A DNA stretch of 64,000 bases, filler included, from Basidiobolus ranarum (lineage: Eukaryota): NCBI GenBank assembly GCA_040143965.1. It is 16 parts of 16 records of this genome, joined end to end, with 100 filler letters (N's around TTAATTAATTAA, not from the genome) between each part and the next. Parts side by side here need not be neighbours in the genome. Positions count along the whole stretch, not along the records: positions 60,254 to 64,000 come from JASJQH010009178.1; 15 more parts are not named here. One strand, 5' to 3'. The number at the start of each line of letters is the position of its first letter. Positions within the stretch are counted from its first letter, which is position 1. Shown piece by piece: positions 61,961 through 64,000 of the stretch. The notes below the pieces were generated by a model. The model did no database searches. It was given only the letters and a program-made list of their open reading frames with translations, and had not been told where the DNA came from. A program made the translations under genes and the position numbers.

Positions 61961-62146
61961 GTATAAATACTCCCCTGCAAGTAATGGATCTTCATCCGCT
62001 TTCTTTAGGACTTTACAATGTTATCTGCACTAAGCGGTTTTTGCTATCTTGATTGGACTTGTTCTTCAGGCCACAGTCTTCACCAACCAAGTTAAAATGA
62101 CTTTCTACTGGGTCTCTAGAGAGAGCAATCTCTCTGGATCCAAATG
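61961..62146 (+). pseudogene. Truncated, frameshifted paralog of the 3D-domain gene (TATA + N-terminus)
   Basis: LQATVFTNQVKMTFYWVSRESNLSGSK versus LQATVMAKRVKMTYYWVANENDHSGSR. Confidence 0.75.
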
Positions 62147-62923
62147 TCCGGCTATAACCTCAATCAAGTATATGTTTCTCACATCAAGTGTAACCATGTG
62201 TCCTGATATGCACAATAGATTTGTGCTTTGGTTACCCAACGATTGCTGCTACAATGACCTTAACCACAACCTCAAGTATTGAATACTGAATAAAATTTCC
62301 AATCTAGAATTATTGCATTGAATGACCTTTTTAGAGTAAAGAGAACTTAGAATGTACAAATTTAGCTGAACTCATTATGACATGTGATGATTTGTGCTTA
62401 ATGATAAGAATTTTTTATTTGTAAAATGTAAATGTTGCAAGCAGTGCATTGTGTACAGCAACTTTGCCACAACAAATGCAGGGTGGAAGAGTAGCTTCCT
62501 GGATACCGGTCTGCTTAATCACATTTGCTCATTTGTTGAAGTGAAGAAAGGATAATTTATTGTTCTTTTTGACTTCCATTTCAGCTAGAATAGCTGCGGT
62601 ATTAATATTGAACATCTTGGATGCTGAATACAGTGTACCGAAAATATGCAAGCAAATGCCAAAATTTTTGCTTCAAAATTACCTTAGGAATTGCTTTATA
62701 ATACCATTAGGTTATCCATGTTAAAGCAGTTATAATTCAAGTCTATGGTATTGCACCAATTTAATCCAGATCTGATTGAGGTCATCCAAATTGTTCTCAT
62801 AGCAATATGTATCATATTTGTAGCCATCATTAATTTAAAGAACTCAGGGGCATAGAGCAGAACCTATCACTTTGATAGATATCCTCAAGAACTTTAAGTG
62901 AAGAAATGCATATATGGAACAAC

Positions 62924-63135
62924 TATTGAAATTAACATTACCTAACAATCTATATTGTCATATGTAGCTTAGCATTTTGTAATCCTATATTTCACTAAAA
63001 TAGCACCCACTATTCTCATATGGGTTTTGCCTCTATGCTTTTACCAATTTAGAAGGTCTTAGATATGTTGATTTTTCCAAATAGTTCTAGGGGCTGCTAA
63101 TCTTGCACACATGTTTCTGAGATCTATATTGCCAC
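62924..63135 (+). mobile_element. Highly diverged partial LTR, copia family A
   Basis: TATTGAAATTAACATTACCTAA...TTGCACACATGTT is colinear with 63249 onward. Confidence 0.6.
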
Positions 63136-63248
63136 ATCCCACACCTTTGTATATTTATATCATTAGGGAACAACAAACTTAAGCATGGACTCAATATGGA
63201 AATAAGGGACAACCATGAATTTCTCAAAATATCCAAGCTACTTCCAAC

Positions 63249-63830
63249 TGTTGAAATTAGCATTGCCTAAACATCTATATAGTCATATATAGCTTAGTAC
63301 ATAGTTAGCTGATAATTTACTAAGATATTGTTTGTTATTCTCAATTGGAATTCACTTGAAATATTTTTATCAACTTCTCAGGTATATAGCTTTTTGAACT
63401 TATGCTAGAAGCCCCAGACTTTGCACACATGCTCCTGGGACCTTCCTTAACATATTCTACATGTTAGATTGCTTTCATCTTGACAAAAATATAAAAGTCA
63501 ACATTCAGGTCAATAAAGCAATAAGTGAAAACCACCAATTTCTCTAATTGTCCAAACCACCTCCAACAGGCTCCCAAATACTTTAACAGGTCATGAGCAC
63601 CAAGCTTCCACTCTCTGCAATGTCTACTTCTCACATGTATGGAACTTTCCCCTCTTGCAAAAAATTGGATGGAACTAACTATTGAGTTGGGATATTTAAA
63701 ATGAAAATGCTGCTGCAAGAAAGAGGACTTTTGGAAATTGTTCTAGGAGAAAAAAACAATGCCAGACTATTTGAAATAAAAGCTTTACTCTAGGTAAAAA
63801 AAGAACAAAGTACCTTCAATACAATTTCTG
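63249..63830 (+). mobile_element. Ty1/copia family A: 5' LTR (63249-63588), PBS GGTCATGAGCAC, decayed gag start (ATG 63620)
   Basis: TGTTG...TTAACA; gag KLDGTNY*..IFKMKMLLQERGLLEIVLGE. Confidence 0.85.
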
Positions 63831-64000
63831 TTGGAGGATCTTGATATAATGGTGGTAGACTTTGATTATTAGAAGCAACTTATGATAGTGTGTTTTAGTT
63901 AGTTTATTCTCAAGAGTATATGGTGACTTATATAGTAGAAAAGTAAATCAATTGTTTGAGATATCCAGGAGTTTGTGTAATAAGATATAATAGATAAGTG

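Noticed and set aside
62056-62066. GGACTTGTTC identical to the MITE TIR
   Set aside because: Lies within the 3D paralog signal-peptide sequence with no partner TIR; probably chance.

Overview
Intron-containing, AT-rich eukaryotic DNA from a fungus. The gene set and copia/CACTA content suggest an early-diverging lineage (Zoopagomycota/Mucoromycota-like; inference). The window is NOT contiguous: it is 16 contigs of about 3.9 kb, sorted by decreasing length and joined by 100-nt N-TTAATTAATTAA-N linkers, so neighbourhood across linkers is meaningless. Recognisable genes: thaumatin-like protein, 5' part of a Cch1 Ca2+ channel, SPT16 3' end, mitochondrial ribosome recycling factor, Rieske RIP1, NoxR, a GLI/Zic-like C2H2 factor, 5' part of a chitin synthase, and an intronless secreted bacterial-type 3D-domain protein. 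About half the window is CpG-depleted TE debris: a CACTA-superfamily element with CCCTAAC termini and two divergent genes, several Ty1/copia LTR families and a Tourist-like MITE. The best candidate for a novel system is 41451-44123(-). It looks like a modular fungal toxin: killer-toxin-chitinase-type linker, hydrophobic hairpin, C-terminal HNH-like nuclease motif and a basic NLS-like tail. All family calls come from motif recognition by eye; no searches were run.
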